The notes under the pieces were generated by a model. That model made no database searches. It saw only the letters and a program-made list of their open reading frames with translations, and had not been told where the DNA came from. Positions 25,190-34,399 of a stretch of 44,707 bases of DNA are shown here, piece by piece (position 1 is the stretch's first letter; each line of letters begins with the position of its first letter). Both the position numbers and the translations under genes were made by a program. The DNA comes from a virus. Taxonomy: Duplodnaviria; Heunggongvirae; Uroviricota; Caudoviricetes. The stretch is from the IMG/VR virus record IMGVR_UViG_3300010965_000004, positions 1-44,707 of that record, one strand, 5' to 3'.

Positions 25190-26203
25190 ATGGGCGGAAA
25201 AGCACTGGAAGCATTTGGGGCAAGAAGGTTTGCCAAGGAAGAATACGCAGCTTTGTCTTTAGAAATAAAGGAAAGGATAAAGAAATTTAGTCCCCTTGAA
25301 ATCCCTGCTTATTTTAGCAAAGAAACCTTTGGGGATTTGGACCTAATAGTTCCTACTCTACAAAAAGAAGATTACGAAGAAATCTGCGTTGCATTAAATT
25401 CCTGGATCTTTTTAAGGAATGATGATGTTATGTCTATTCTTTATGATGGTCTTCAGATTGACATTATCCCCATGTCTCCTGAGAATATAGTCACTGCCTA
25501 CAACTATTACTCATTCAACGATTTGGGTAATTTGATGGGAAAGATTTTCCATAAATTTGGCCTGAAATATGGGCATCGTGGACTGACCATGCCGGTACGA
25601 GATGGTACGCATCAAATTACAGAATTGGTTATCTCTAAGGACATCCAAAAGATTTTTGAATTTGGTGACTTCGAGTATAGTCATTTCAAGGAAGGTTTCA
25701 ATGACTTAAAAGAGATCTTCTCCTTTGTTTTATCCACCTCTTACTTTAACTCAGATGTTTATCAATACGAATCTCTTAATCATCATAACCGAATCAGGGA
25801 CAGGAAGAGGGCGACCTATCACGCTTTTCTTGAATACCTCAAACAACGTATCAGGTTCAATGGGGAATGGACTTCACTCGAGAAGTTATACTCGACGGAG
25901 GAAATGGGCTATCGGTTCTCAGAAAATAAAGACGACTACATCCCAATGATCTTTGATTTCTTCCCAGAAGCTAAAGCAGACTATGATATAGCTTTAGCCC
26001 AGAGAGAACTTCAACGAGCAATAAAAGCCAAATACAACGGCAATGTTGTTATGGAGATAACTGGGCTCAAAGGAATTAGCCTGGGCGAGTTCATGGGCTT
26101 CCTAAAACGTTGCTGGGACGAGGAAGAGGTAAATCTTTTAGACAAAAGCGAAGACTGGATCAAAGGCCAAATCTTTGCTATTTACAAGGAGTGGGTGGTA
26201 TGA
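25190..26203 (+). CDS. Pol-beta superfamily nucleotidyltransferase
   Basis: FGDLDLIV (GDxD) motif and later QIDII acidic strand. Confidence 0.7.
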   Translation: MGGKALEAFGARRFAKEEYAALSLEIKERIKKFSPLEIPAYFSKETFGDLDLIVPTLQKEDYEEICVALNSWIFLRNDDVMSILYDGLQIDIIPMSPENIVTAYNYYSFNDLGNLMGKIFHKFGLKYGHRGLTMPVRDGTHQITELVISKDIQKIFEFGDFEYSHFKEGFNDLKEIFSFVLSTSYFNSDVYQYESLNHHNRIRDRKRATYHAFLEYLKQRIRFNGEWTSLEKLYSTEEMGYRFSENKDDYIPMIFDFFPEAKADYDIALAQRELQRAIKAKYNGNVVMEITGLKGISLGEFMGFLKRCWDEEEVNLLDKSEDWIKGQIFAIYKEWVV

Positions 26204-27042
26204 TCCGAATCACAGGCCAGATGGGTACAAAACTGTATCCCATCGATTTTAAGAGCTTTGTTTTCTCCGGTGGAGAAGTCAGTGTAAAAATTACCGGAGA
26301 AACTGAATACTCTCGCTACTTTATTAGAGCTCTATTACAAAGTTCAAATGACGTGTTTGAGCTATTGATGGTTACAGACGCTCTACGGCGTATAGCCCCA
26401 AACACTCCAATAAACCTGGAGATGCCTTACATCCCTTACGCAAGACAGGATAGGGTCTGCGATCACGGAGAAGCTCTAAGCATTAGAGTGTTTGCTGATC
26501 TTATTAACGCTCAGAACTATAGCAGTGTTACTGTCTGGGATGCTCACTCTGAAGTAAGCTTGGCCTTACTAAACAAGTGTGCAAATATTAAGCCCTCTGT
26601 ATTTGTTACCAAGATTCCAGGTATTGATAAAATCTCTGTTCTTGTTTCCCCAGATGCTGGAGCAAACAAAAAGGTGTTTGAACTGGCCTATAGTCTTGGG
26701 GGTAAACGTGAAGTTTTACGGGCTGATAAGACAAGAGATGTAAAGACAGGTCAGATAACCGGAACAGTTGTTTACTGTGAAGACTTGGCTGGGGAAGACG
26801 TTCTCATTGTAGATGATATTGGGGATGGAATGAGGACTTTTATCGAATTAGGAAAGAAGTTAAAAGAAAAAAATGCAGGAAAGGTAATATTATTTGTAAC
26901 CCACGCTATTTGCTCTAAAGGAGTAGATGTTCTTAATGGTTCCGTTGATATTCTTTATTCTGCAAATCTTTGGGAAGAGAATATAAATGGAAGAAACGAA
27001 TTTGGAATCCTTAGAAATTTGGATACAGGTGCCAGGGTTTGA
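26200..27042 (+). CDS. prs: Ribose-phosphate pyrophosphokinase-like protein (candidate Adps of NARP1)
   Basis: FSGGEVSVKI, MPYIPYARQDR, DAHS, VSPDAGA, K.RD, VDDIGDGMRTF; ATGA overlap with the upstream stop. Confidence 0.88.
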   Translation: MIRITGQMGTKLYPIDFKSFVFSGGEVSVKITGETEYSRYFIRALLQSSNDVFELLMVTDALRRIAPNTPINLEMPYIPYARQDRVCDHGEALSIRVFADLINAQNYSSVTVWDAHSEVSLALLNKCANIKPSVFVTKIPGIDKISVLVSPDAGANKKVFELAYSLGGKREVLRADKTRDVKTGQITGTVVYCEDLAGEDVLIVDDIGDGMRTFIELGKKLKEKNAGKVILFVTHAICSKGVDVLNGSVDILYSANLWEENINGRNEFGILRNLDTGARV

Positions 27043-27568
27043 AGAATACTTTGAAGCAAGTTCTTTAGGTAGAATACGATCTACCGCTAGAACTATTATA
27101 TTTAGGGATAATAAACCTAATAGACGAATGGGTGGAAATATCCTTAAACAACAGATTGACAGGTGTGGGTATTTACGTGTCCGACCCAGCATAAACGGTA
27201 GAAAACTTGGGTTTATTGTTCATAGGATAATTGCTATAACTTTTATTCCTAATATAGATAATAAACCTCAGGTAAATCATAGGGATGGTGATAAAACCAA
27301 CAACGTTTGCACTAATCTCGAATGGGTTACGAATGGCGAAAATCAAAATCATGCTATAGAAACTGGTTTAAAAGTTATGCCTGTAGCTGAACAAGCCATA
27401 AGATTCACTGGTGCAGTAAAGGTTTTTAAAGATGGTACTCAAATAGATACCTTATACGGCAATGCAGATATGAAATCTAAAGGGTATGATTTCAGATTAG
27501 TGTCTGCTTGTCTAATGGGTAAACGACATACGCACAGAGAGTGCACATTTATAAAGGAAGAAGAATGA
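26987..27568 (+). mobile_element. NUMOD4-HNH homing endonuclease
   Basis: WIQVPGFEEYFEASSLGRIRS (NUMOD4); VHRIIA.TFIPN.DNKPQVNHRDGDKTNN...NLEWVT. Confidence 0.9.
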
Positions 27569-29064
27569 AGTTCATGAAAGCAATCAATGCCTGTGACTTT
27601 TACAAAACAGGCCACATTCGCCAATACCCCGAAGGTACGGAATTGGTTTATTCCAACTACACCCCAAGGTCGGATCGTTTGGCAAAAGTATTGCCTGACT
27701 TCTGGGATCACAAGGTCGTGTTCTATGGCATCCAAGGCCTGTGCAAAGCGTTCCTCATTGATCTGTTCAATGATACGTTTTTCTTAGTGGATCAACTGCA
27801 GGCCGTCAGCCACTACAAACGCCGTATGGATACCTCTCTTGGAGCCGGAGCGGTTAACATCAAGCACATTGCCGAGCTCTGGGATCTTGGCTATTTACCA
27901 GTTGAAATCAAGGCCTTACCAGAGGGTAGCAAGGTGAACATGAACGTGCCAGTTTTCACGATCAAAAACACTCTGCCGCAGTTCTACTGGATCACCAACT
28001 ATCTGGAAACCTTGATCTCAGCTGAGATCTGGAAGTTGATGACAACGGCTACGATTGCTTACGAATATCGTAAGCTGATCAATTTCTATGCTGACAAGAC
28101 AGGCAGCTTCAAAGAGTTTGCTCCTTGGCAAGGACACGATTTTTCGATGCGGGGAATGTCTGGTGTTTACGATGCTGGTTCTTCTGGTAGTGCCCACTTG
28201 CTATCTTTCTATGGCACGGATACGATTCCTGCAATTGATTATCTGGAAGAGTATTACAATGCCAATGCTGCAACGGAATTGATCGGGGGTTCAGTCCCGG
28301 CAACCGAACACAGCGTGATGTGCATGGGTGGCAACGAAACTGAAGTTGACACATTCCGTCGCTTGATTACTGAAGTTTATCCTGCAGGTATCGTGTCCAT
28401 TGTTTCGGATACGTGGGACTTCTGGAAGGTGATCACGGAATATGCACTGACTCTCAAGGATGAAATCCTGGCTCGTAAGCTTGACCCGTTGGGTATGGCC
28501 AAGGTTGTGTTCAGGCCAGACAGTGGGGATCCTGTTGATATCATCTGTGGGGACTCGGCTACAGAGAAAGGTAGCCCTGCTTTTAAAGGTGCCGTTGAAT
28601 GCCTCTGGGACATCTTTGGAGGCGATACAACGGAAAAGGGTTACAAGACCCTAAGCCAGCGTGTCGGCTTAATCTACGGCGATTCTATCACCCTGGAACG
28701 GGCAGAGCAAATCTTCAAGCGTTTGGGAGCCAAGGGGTTCTCAGCCGGTAACATCGTGTTTGGTATTGGTAGCTATACGTACCAGTATTGTACTCGTGAC
28801 ACCTTTGGTCAGGCTATCAAAGCTACTTACGGGGTTGTCAACGGACAGGAACGTGAACTGTGGAAAGACCCAGTGACTGATGATGGTCGCAAGAAGTCGG
28901 CAAAGGGTCTGTTGAGAGTGGAGAAGGAAGGCGACAACTTCGTTCTGTATGATCAGCAGTCACAGAAACAAGAGATGGAAGGTGCTCTTGACACCGTTTT
29001 CCTTAATGGTAAAATGGTTAAGGAAACCAGCCTGGCTGAAATAAGAGGCAGACTCAATGGGTAA
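27565..29064 (+). CDS. Nicotinamide phosphoribosyltransferase-like protein (candidate Namat of NARP1)
   Basis: DFYKTGH, HDFSMRG, GTDT, PATEHSVM, SIVSDTWD, RPDSGDP, IYGDSI, FGIGSY, KKSAKG. Confidence 0.92.
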   Translation: MKFMKAINACDFYKTGHIRQYPEGTELVYSNYTPRSDRLAKVLPDFWDHKVVFYGIQGLCKAFLIDLFNDTFFLVDQLQAVSHYKRRMDTSLGAGAVNIKHIAELWDLGYLPVEIKALPEGSKVNMNVPVFTIKNTLPQFYWITNYLETLISAEIWKLMTTATIAYEYRKLINFYADKTGSFKEFAPWQGHDFSMRGMSGVYDAGSSGSAHLLSFYGTDTIPAIDYLEEYYNANAATELIGGSVPATEHSVMCMGGNETEVDTFRRLITEVYPAGIVSIVSDTWDFWKVITEYALTLKDEILARKLDPLGMAKVVFRPDSGDPVDIICGDSATEKGSPAFKGAVECLWDIFGGDTTEKGYKTLSQRVGLIYGDSITLERAEQIFKRLGAKGFSAGNIVFGIGSYTYQYCTRDTFGQAIKATYGVVNGQERELWKDPVTDDGRKKSAKGLLRVEKEGDNFVLYDQQSQKQEMEGALDTVFLNGKMVKETSLAEIRGRLNG

Positions 29065-29197
29065 GTTTCTGTGTTGGTTTGGGATTCATGACTGGGGTAA
29101 ATGGTCGGACAAAGAACCATCTGGATACCGTATGTATCCTTGGCAACAATTACGCACTTGTAAACGTTGTAACTTTGTAAACCGTACATTAGTTTAG
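29057..29197 (+). CDS. 46-aa Cys/His/Trp-rich protein (absent from ORF track)
   Basis: MGKFLCWFGIHDWGKW...CKRCNF, a C..FG.H.W...CxRC pattern seen in small phage proteins. Confidence 0.6.
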   Translation: MGKFLCWFGIHDWGKWSDKEPSGYRMYPWQQLRTCKRCNFVNRTLV

Positions 29198-29204
29198 TTG
29201 TAAA

Positions 29205-29230
29205 CAGGGGCCTTCGGGCCCTTGTCTTTT
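29205..29230 (+). terminator. Terminator-like hairpin
   Basis: CAGGGGCC-TTCG-GGCCCTTG with UUCG loop and short T tract. Confidence 0.65.
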
Positions 29231-29240
29231 AAAGGAGTCA

Positions 29241-29717
29241 ATGATGGCAGAAAACATAAATGTAGTAGCAAGCCCGGAAGTAGCTACAAACGATAATTTA
29301 GAACGTCGCTTGATTTTCCTGGCTGGGGGAATAACCGGATGTGGAGATTGGCAAACAAGTATCATAAACCTGATTGATGTTAAGGTTAATGGTTCTGGTA
29401 AAGATATTTGTCTCCTAAATCCAAGGCGTAAAGAATTTGATGTTAATAAGCCTTTAATGACTAAGGACCAAATAGACTGGGAGTATAAATACCTCAGACT
29501 AGCAAAAGAAATTGTGTTCTGGTTTCCACAAGAAACACTTTGCCCAATAACGTTATTTGAGTTGGGAGCAGCACTGGAAAGAAGTCAGAAGTTGTATATA
29601 GGCTGTAACCAAGATTACAAGCGTAGATCTGACGTTGAATACCAGACCTATCTGAAACGTCCCAAATTACAAATTGTTTATTCTATAAAGGACTTGGCTG
29701 ACCAAGTATTGGCATAA
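29241..29717 (+). CDS. Nucleoside 2-deoxyribosyltransferase-like protein
   Basis: IFLAGGI...WQ, LNPRR, QIDWE, FWFP.ETLCPITLFELG. Confidence 0.8.
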   Translation: MMAENINVVASPEVATNDNLERRLIFLAGGITGCGDWQTSIINLIDVKVNGSGKDICLLNPRRKEFDVNKPLMTKDQIDWEYKYLRLAKEIVFWFPQETLCPITLFELGAALERSQKLYIGCNQDYKRRSDVEYQTYLKRPKLQIVYSIKDLADQVLA

Positions 29718-30547
29718 TGAAAACATACCGTTTCTCCACTCTTGGGGATGAACAAAAGAAATACGAGCAGCTAAAGGCAGGAGAGACGGCGATGTTTGGT
29801 CTCCCTGTTATAGCAAGGTTAGATGGTAGAGGGTTCCACAACTTTACCAAAGGGCTACGCCGTCCTTACGATGAAGCTCTTAGTTCATGCATGATGGACA
29901 CAGCTATCTATTTACTCAATTTAGCAAACCCAAATATAGTCTATACTCAGAGCGACGAGATAACTTTGATTTGGGCAAACCAATACGAAGAAGATAAAGA
30001 AACCAAAGTTTTCTTCAAGGGCAAAATTCAAAAGATGGTTTCCATTTTAGCAGCAATGGCTACTAGCGAATTTCAATGCAGTATGCGCCAACGTATTGAA
30101 TCAAAGGCCGACGAACAACCGCTTTTTGATTGTCGTGTTTGGCAAGTTCCCAATCTTCAAGTAGCTGCTGAAAATCTTCTATGGAGAGAAATGGATGCAA
30201 CTAAAAATAGTATTACTATGGCTGCATCAGCTTACTATCCTCATAAAGAACTAGAGGGAAAACATTCAGGGGACAAACATGAGATGCTATTACAAAAAGG
30301 CATCAACTGGAATGACTACCCTAACTTTTTCAAAAAAGGGTCTTACTTTACCAAACGTAAAACCTTGGTAAACTTAACAAAGGATGAGCTGGAAAAAATC
30401 CCTGAAAAGCATCGCCCTGAAGGTCCAATAGAAAGAAGTGTTGTGGCTGAGTTGCTCATTCCTAAGGCTACCAGCATTGCTAATCTGGTAGGGGTTTACT
30501 TCCGTGGGGAAGATCCTTTACTATTGCACAACGAAAGGGGAAGTTGA
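29717..30547 (+). CDS. thg1: tRNA(His) guanylyltransferase Thg1-like (3'-5' polymerase)
   Basis: RLDGRGFHNFT, YTQSDEITL, FDCR, R..DA.KNS. Confidence 0.9.
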   Translation: MKTYRFSTLGDEQKKYEQLKAGETAMFGLPVIARLDGRGFHNFTKGLRRPYDEALSSCMMDTAIYLLNLANPNIVYTQSDEITLIWANQYEEDKETKVFFKGKIQKMVSILAAMATSEFQCSMRQRIESKADEQPLFDCRVWQVPNLQVAAENLLWREMDATKNSITMAASAYYPHKELEGKHSGDKHEMLLQKGINWNDYPNFFKKGSYFTKRKTLVNLTKDELEKIPEKHRPEGPIERSVVAELLIPKATSIANLVGVYFRGEDPLLLHNERGS

Positions 30548-30741
30548 TGTCAATGTTTGGACCAAAGATGGGAACCTGGTGGGTCGAAAGTAAATTAGAC
30601 CCACGATGGAATACAAATGGGAAGGGCTACGGATTAGTAGTAACCGGAGGCCCTGGTGAGATAAACCAATGGATTGCCCAATGCGAAAAGACTTTTGGTA
30701 AAAAACCAGATGATCTTGAAATTGGATTTATGAAAGATTGA
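30547..30741 (+). CDS. Small Trp-rich hypothetical protein
   Basis: Coupled start and stop with neighbours. Confidence 0.6.
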   Translation: MSMFGPKMGTWWVESKLDPRWNTNGKGYGLVVTGGPGEINQWIAQCEKTFGKKPDDLEIGFMKD

Positions 30742-30742
30742 T

Positions 30743-31210
30743 ATGCAAAACGTTAACGGGGAATGACTCCCAACCATAACAGACACTCAGATTCTTGGTT
30801 TCTTCGGGGATTATCGTTTCCTGAGTAATTTTCATAAGGCTCCAGTAATTGTTCAAAGTATATCGTATCCGTCCTCTGAACATGCGTATATGGCTATGAA
30901 GTCTATAGCTTATGCTGACCGCGCACATATAGCTTCTATACCTAAGGCCAGTGATGCAAAGAAATTTGGTCAAACAGTTGAACTCCGTTCTAATTGGGAG
31001 GACATCAAGATAGCTATGATGTACAAAGTTTGTTACCCAAAATTCCTACAAAATACTGATTTAAAGCAATTACTTTTATCTACTGGTGATAAGTATCTTG
31101 AAGAAACAAATTACTGGAAGGATACTACTTGGGGTGTTTGTAACAGGATAGGTACTAACTACCTTGGGAAAGTTCTTATGGCCGTCAGAGAGGATATTCG
31201 TTTAATTTAA
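30743..31210 (+). pseudogene. NADAR (YbiA-like) hydrolase with in-frame TGA at codon 8
   Basis: In-frame FFGDYRFLSNF...YPSSEHAY.A.K, AKKFG, WED.K...M, KF.QN..L..LL.TG..YL.E...W.D..WG, N.LG..LM.VR; ATG 30743, TGA 30764-30766. Confidence 0.75.
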
Positions 31211-31220
31211 AGGAGATAGC

Positions 31221-32168
31221 ATGAAAGTCTGGAAAGATATAAAAGAGATTTCCGACGAGGAGCAACATGTAAAGAAGTTCATCTATACAAAAGATGATGC
31301 GGTAGCGGAGTCTGTCCTTTATAGGTATCCAGACTATCTCACCCGCACGGTTATCTGTTGTTCGGTTCAGTCGGGCTGCCCGATAGGTTGCAGGTTCTGT
31401 GGTAGTGGAGATTACTTTGTTAGAAATTTAACGATAGAGGAGATCCTGGACCAAATAGCTTATTCCTTGAGGAATACTGGTATAAAAAACAAATCTGAAA
31501 TCAAGACGTTACAAATCATGTATATGAGCATGGGGGAACCTATGCTTAATTTGCAGGCTTTGTTATCAGTTATAGATTTGGTTTCTCTATGTTTTCCTAA
31601 CGCTGCTAACCTAATCTCCACCATAGCTCCCCGTGTGGATTTTGATCCTTTGTTTGATGCGGCCAGAGAGAATAGTAGCATAGGACTTCAGTTCTCTATC
31701 CATGAAAGTACGGACGAGAAGAGAAATGCTTTAATCCCTTTCAAAAAAAAGAACACTTTGAATGAAATTTCTCAACTTGGGTGGATGTTTTGGAAGGCTA
31801 CTGGGCGTAAAGCTTTTATCAACTACTGCGCTCATGAGCATAACTCTTCCTTACGAGATGCAGCAAATCTCCACAAGATCTTTGACCCGAAATATTTCTC
31901 TGCCACGGTTTCTGTTGTCTGTGAGAGAAATGATGGCCTACCAGCTACCAATGAGTTTCAAAAGGAATTGGCAAGAGACTTCGCTAACGCCTTAGTAGCA
32001 TTCGGGTATGATACAAGAGTGTTTGACCCCGCTGGTCAAGATACGATTGGTGGGGGTTGTGGGCAGCTATGGTATGTCCAGGATTGGATGAAAAATAATC
32101 CCGACAAAGCCAGGCCAAGCTGTGGTCAAGGATTAAACGTTGTCCATGTTCCGGTGTTGTCGTTGTAA
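31221..32168 (+). CDS. RlmN/Cfr-like radical SAM RNA methyltransferase
   Basis: ICCSVQSGCPIGCRFC (CxxxCxxC plus upstream catalytic Cys), MSMGEP, SIH, C-terminal GCGQL. Confidence 0.85.
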   Translation: MKVWKDIKEISDEEQHVKKFIYTKDDAVAESVLYRYPDYLTRTVICCSVQSGCPIGCRFCGSGDYFVRNLTIEEILDQIAYSLRNTGIKNKSEIKTLQIMYMSMGEPMLNLQALLSVIDLVSLCFPNAANLISTIAPRVDFDPLFDAARENSSIGLQFSIHESTDEKRNALIPFKKKNTLNEISQLGWMFWKATGRKAFINYCAHEHNSSLRDAANLHKIFDPKYFSATVSVVCERNDGLPATNEFQKELARDFANALVAFGYDTRVFDPAGQDTIGGGCGQLWYVQDWMKNNPDKARPSCGQGLNVVHVPVLSL

Positions 32169-32174
32169 TAGAAG

Positions 32175-32200
32175 GCCCAGTTAGTAACTGGGCTTTTTTT
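32175..32200 (+). terminator. Intrinsic terminator
   Basis: GCCCAGTT-AGT-AACTGGGC plus T run. Confidence 0.85.
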
Positions 32201-32201
32201 A

Positions 32202-32210
32202 GGGTATAAG
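32202..32210 (+). promoter_or_regulatory. Promoter variant (GGGTATAAG)
   Basis: Followed by the AGGAGCCAA RBS as in other cassettes. Confidence 0.55.
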
Positions 32211-32242
32211 AACTATGTAGACAACTAACTTAGGAGCCAATC

Positions 32243-32709
32243 ATGAAAGCAGAGCAACAAGCCTTCTGGGATGAAATATTAGTAAGAGCTTTCCTGTACC
32301 ATAAGGACGCTACTATGTCATCATTAGGTTGTGGATTTTTGGTAAATATGGCATGTATGGCGTAGACCTTGGGTTAAAGAGGCAAGGAAAAGTATGGCAA
32401 CTTAACCACACAATTACCGTATTTATGGCGGAGAGTTTGCCTAAAATTGCCAGTTATCTTTGGACTGTAAAGCCTCCTGAAAAAGAAAAAGCTATTGAAA
32501 AAATAGTTAAAACCCTTAATCCATCTAAAATGGATAGTGTTTTTATTAGTACTTTTCCTAAAAAGGATATTGATGAGGCAGTTAAGGACATAAAAGGTTA
32601 TAGCAAAATAATGCTATTGCACGGGCTTAACCAAGTAGAGCATCGTACCAAACCTATGACTAAATCCAAACTTTTAGGAACTCTTGGTAGAACATACAAG
32701 GGGATATAA
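32243..32709 (+). pseudogene. Apparently frameshifted hypothetical gene
   Basis: RBS-led ORF from 32243 stops after 40 aa; the -1 frame is open from 32305 to 32709 with no evident RBS of its own. Confidence 0.5.
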
Positions 32710-32712
32710 AAC

Positions 32713-32744
32713 AAAAAGCCTAGATTTCTCTAGGCTTCTTTTTT
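32713..32744. terminator. Bidirectional intrinsic terminator after capsid gene
   Basis: AAAAAGCCTAGA...TCTAGGCTT followed by T run. Confidence 0.85.
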
Positions 32745-32764
32745 AGCTTAACTAATCTTTTAGA

Positions 32765-33655
32765 TTAGAAGTCTGCGAAGACCACGCCGTTGATGTTACC
32801 AAGACCGATACCAGGAGCTTCATAAGTCGTGAAACTTACGATGTCAGCTTCAGTCTTCAAGAAGACTGTGGCATCTTGAAGCAGATACATTTGACCTAAG
32901 TACTGTGGTGCTGTGAAGATAGCAACGCGGTTATCAGGAAGAATATCATTCTTGTTAGTAGTGATAATCTTGAAACCGTAGAAGTTATCCAGGTTAGCTT
33001 GACCACGGAACAGCTCAGACGCGGCTGGCGAACCAACTTGAGTCGAAGGCTGCTTCAACAGATCAGCATACAAGCTTTGGGTCATCAGGATGCAGCCGAC
33101 CGGTACTTGCTTTTGCAGAAGCTTCTGAACAGCAGTCATCAGATTGGGGATAGTCAGACCACCACCAATGTTGAACATCGCGCCGTTAGCTTGGGCAATT
33201 GCCAAACAGTTGTTATAAAAGTTTTCGTCTTCTTGCTTCTGCAGATCCTTAACACTGTTTTCTTGCAGAACGGTACGGATATCGGTACGATACGTAGCCA
33301 GTTCAAACTTGCTCTTCTTGAATTCAGCGGACTGAATCTTGTAGAAGGAAACAGGGTAACGAGCACCAGTGAAGTAACGAGGCTCTGGGCGACCTAAGAA
33401 AGGCAGGTTAGCCGCGATTGAGTCAGGTTCTTTTTCAACGATAATCGTTGGTTCTTCTGTGATTTGACGATCTAGTTCTGCTGCAGTTACGAGAGTAGGT
33501 AACAAAATCTTACGTGTAAAACCATCTTCACGCAGTTTTTGACGAACAAACGCACTCATTGCTACGCCAGCTTCTTTGGTCATTCCTTGGTCTAGCTTAT
33601 CCAGGAAAGATTGATTTAAGAACTGGACATTGATTGTTTCGGTGTTATATGACAT
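32765..33655 (-). CDS. Major capsid protein
   Basis: 296 aa, last gene of the protease-scaffold-decoration block; highly expressed codon style; HK97-like layout; TKEAG motif at residues 26-30. Confidence 0.75.
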   Translation of the reverse strand: MSYNTETINVQFLNQSFLDKLDQGMTKEAGVAMSAFVRQKLREDGFTRKILLPTLVTAAELDRQITEEPTIIVEKEPDSIAANLPFLGRPEPRYFTGARYPVSFYKIQSAEFKKSKFELATYRTDIRTVLQENSVKDLQKQEDENFYNNCLAIAQANGAMFNIGGGLTIPNLMTAVQKLLQKQVPVGCILMTQSLYADLLKQPSTQVGSPAASELFRGQANLDNFYGFKIITTNKNDILPDNRVAIFTAPQYLGQMYLLQDATVFLKTEADIVSFTTYEAPGIGLGNINGVVFADF

Positions 33656-33667
33656 GTTCAGTTCTCC

Positions 33668-34399
33668 TTAAAATGCGACAATAACAATATGCGCTGTTTC
33701 AGTGGCAGTTGCACCTTGCACACGGATACAGTATCCTAGCTCTGGATCAATAGTGTTTGTTGCGGTTACGGTGTACGTACCATCAGCATTACCTTGACCA
33801 GCAGCGATTGTGTATTGGTTGTTTACAGAGGTAACTGGCGAACCAGGGGCCCAAGAACCAGCCAGGAAGTTCGAAGTTCTAACAATGTAGTTACCCCAAA
33901 GAACAACGGCCTTACCAGAAGAGCTAACACCTGACAATTGAACCGTACCTTGCACTGAGATAGCTGCAACAGTAGCCGCAGGCATAACATACGTAAACTG
34001 AGTTGCTGACAGTCTTACAATTGAGAAAGTACCATTGTAAGCCGCTGGGGTTACGCCAGCGATAGTGACCATATTACCGGTTACGAACGTATGAGCTGCA
34101 ACAGTGATAGTTACAAGACCAGCTGCTGAGTATGAACCTGCAGTAGTAGCCATCGTAGGCTGCGGAGTCGAGTACTTACCGAATGAATTGGCAGCGGATG
34201 CCGAATCAAAATTACCGCGAACAACTAAACCACAACGCTTCGTTTTTGTAGCGCCAACCTTATCCACGGTACCGTCCGCCTGCATAAAGACTAAGTCGCC
34301 GTTCTTTACGGTTACGCCTTGTTTAACAATTTCCAGACGCTCACGGGCACCATCTGCTGGCCAGCCACGTAGAACTTCTGCTGCGTATTCCATTAACAT
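33668..34399 (-). CDS. Capsid decoration/cement protein with inserted beta domain
   Basis: Directly upstream of the capsid gene; insert ITVAAHTFVTGNMVTIAGVTPAAYNGTFSI. Confidence 0.6.
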   Translation of the reverse strand: MLMEYAAEVLRGWPADGARERLEIVKQGVTVKNGDLVFMQADGTVDKVGATKTKRCGLVVRGNFDSASAANSFGKYSTPQPTMATTAGSYSAAGLVTITVAAHTFVTGNMVTIAGVTPAAYNGTFSIVRLSATQFTYVMPAATVAAISVQGTVQLSGVSSSGKAVVLWGNYIVRTSNFLAGSWAPGSPVTSVNNQYTIAAGQGNADGTYTVTATNTIDPELGYCIRVQGATATETAHIVIVAF

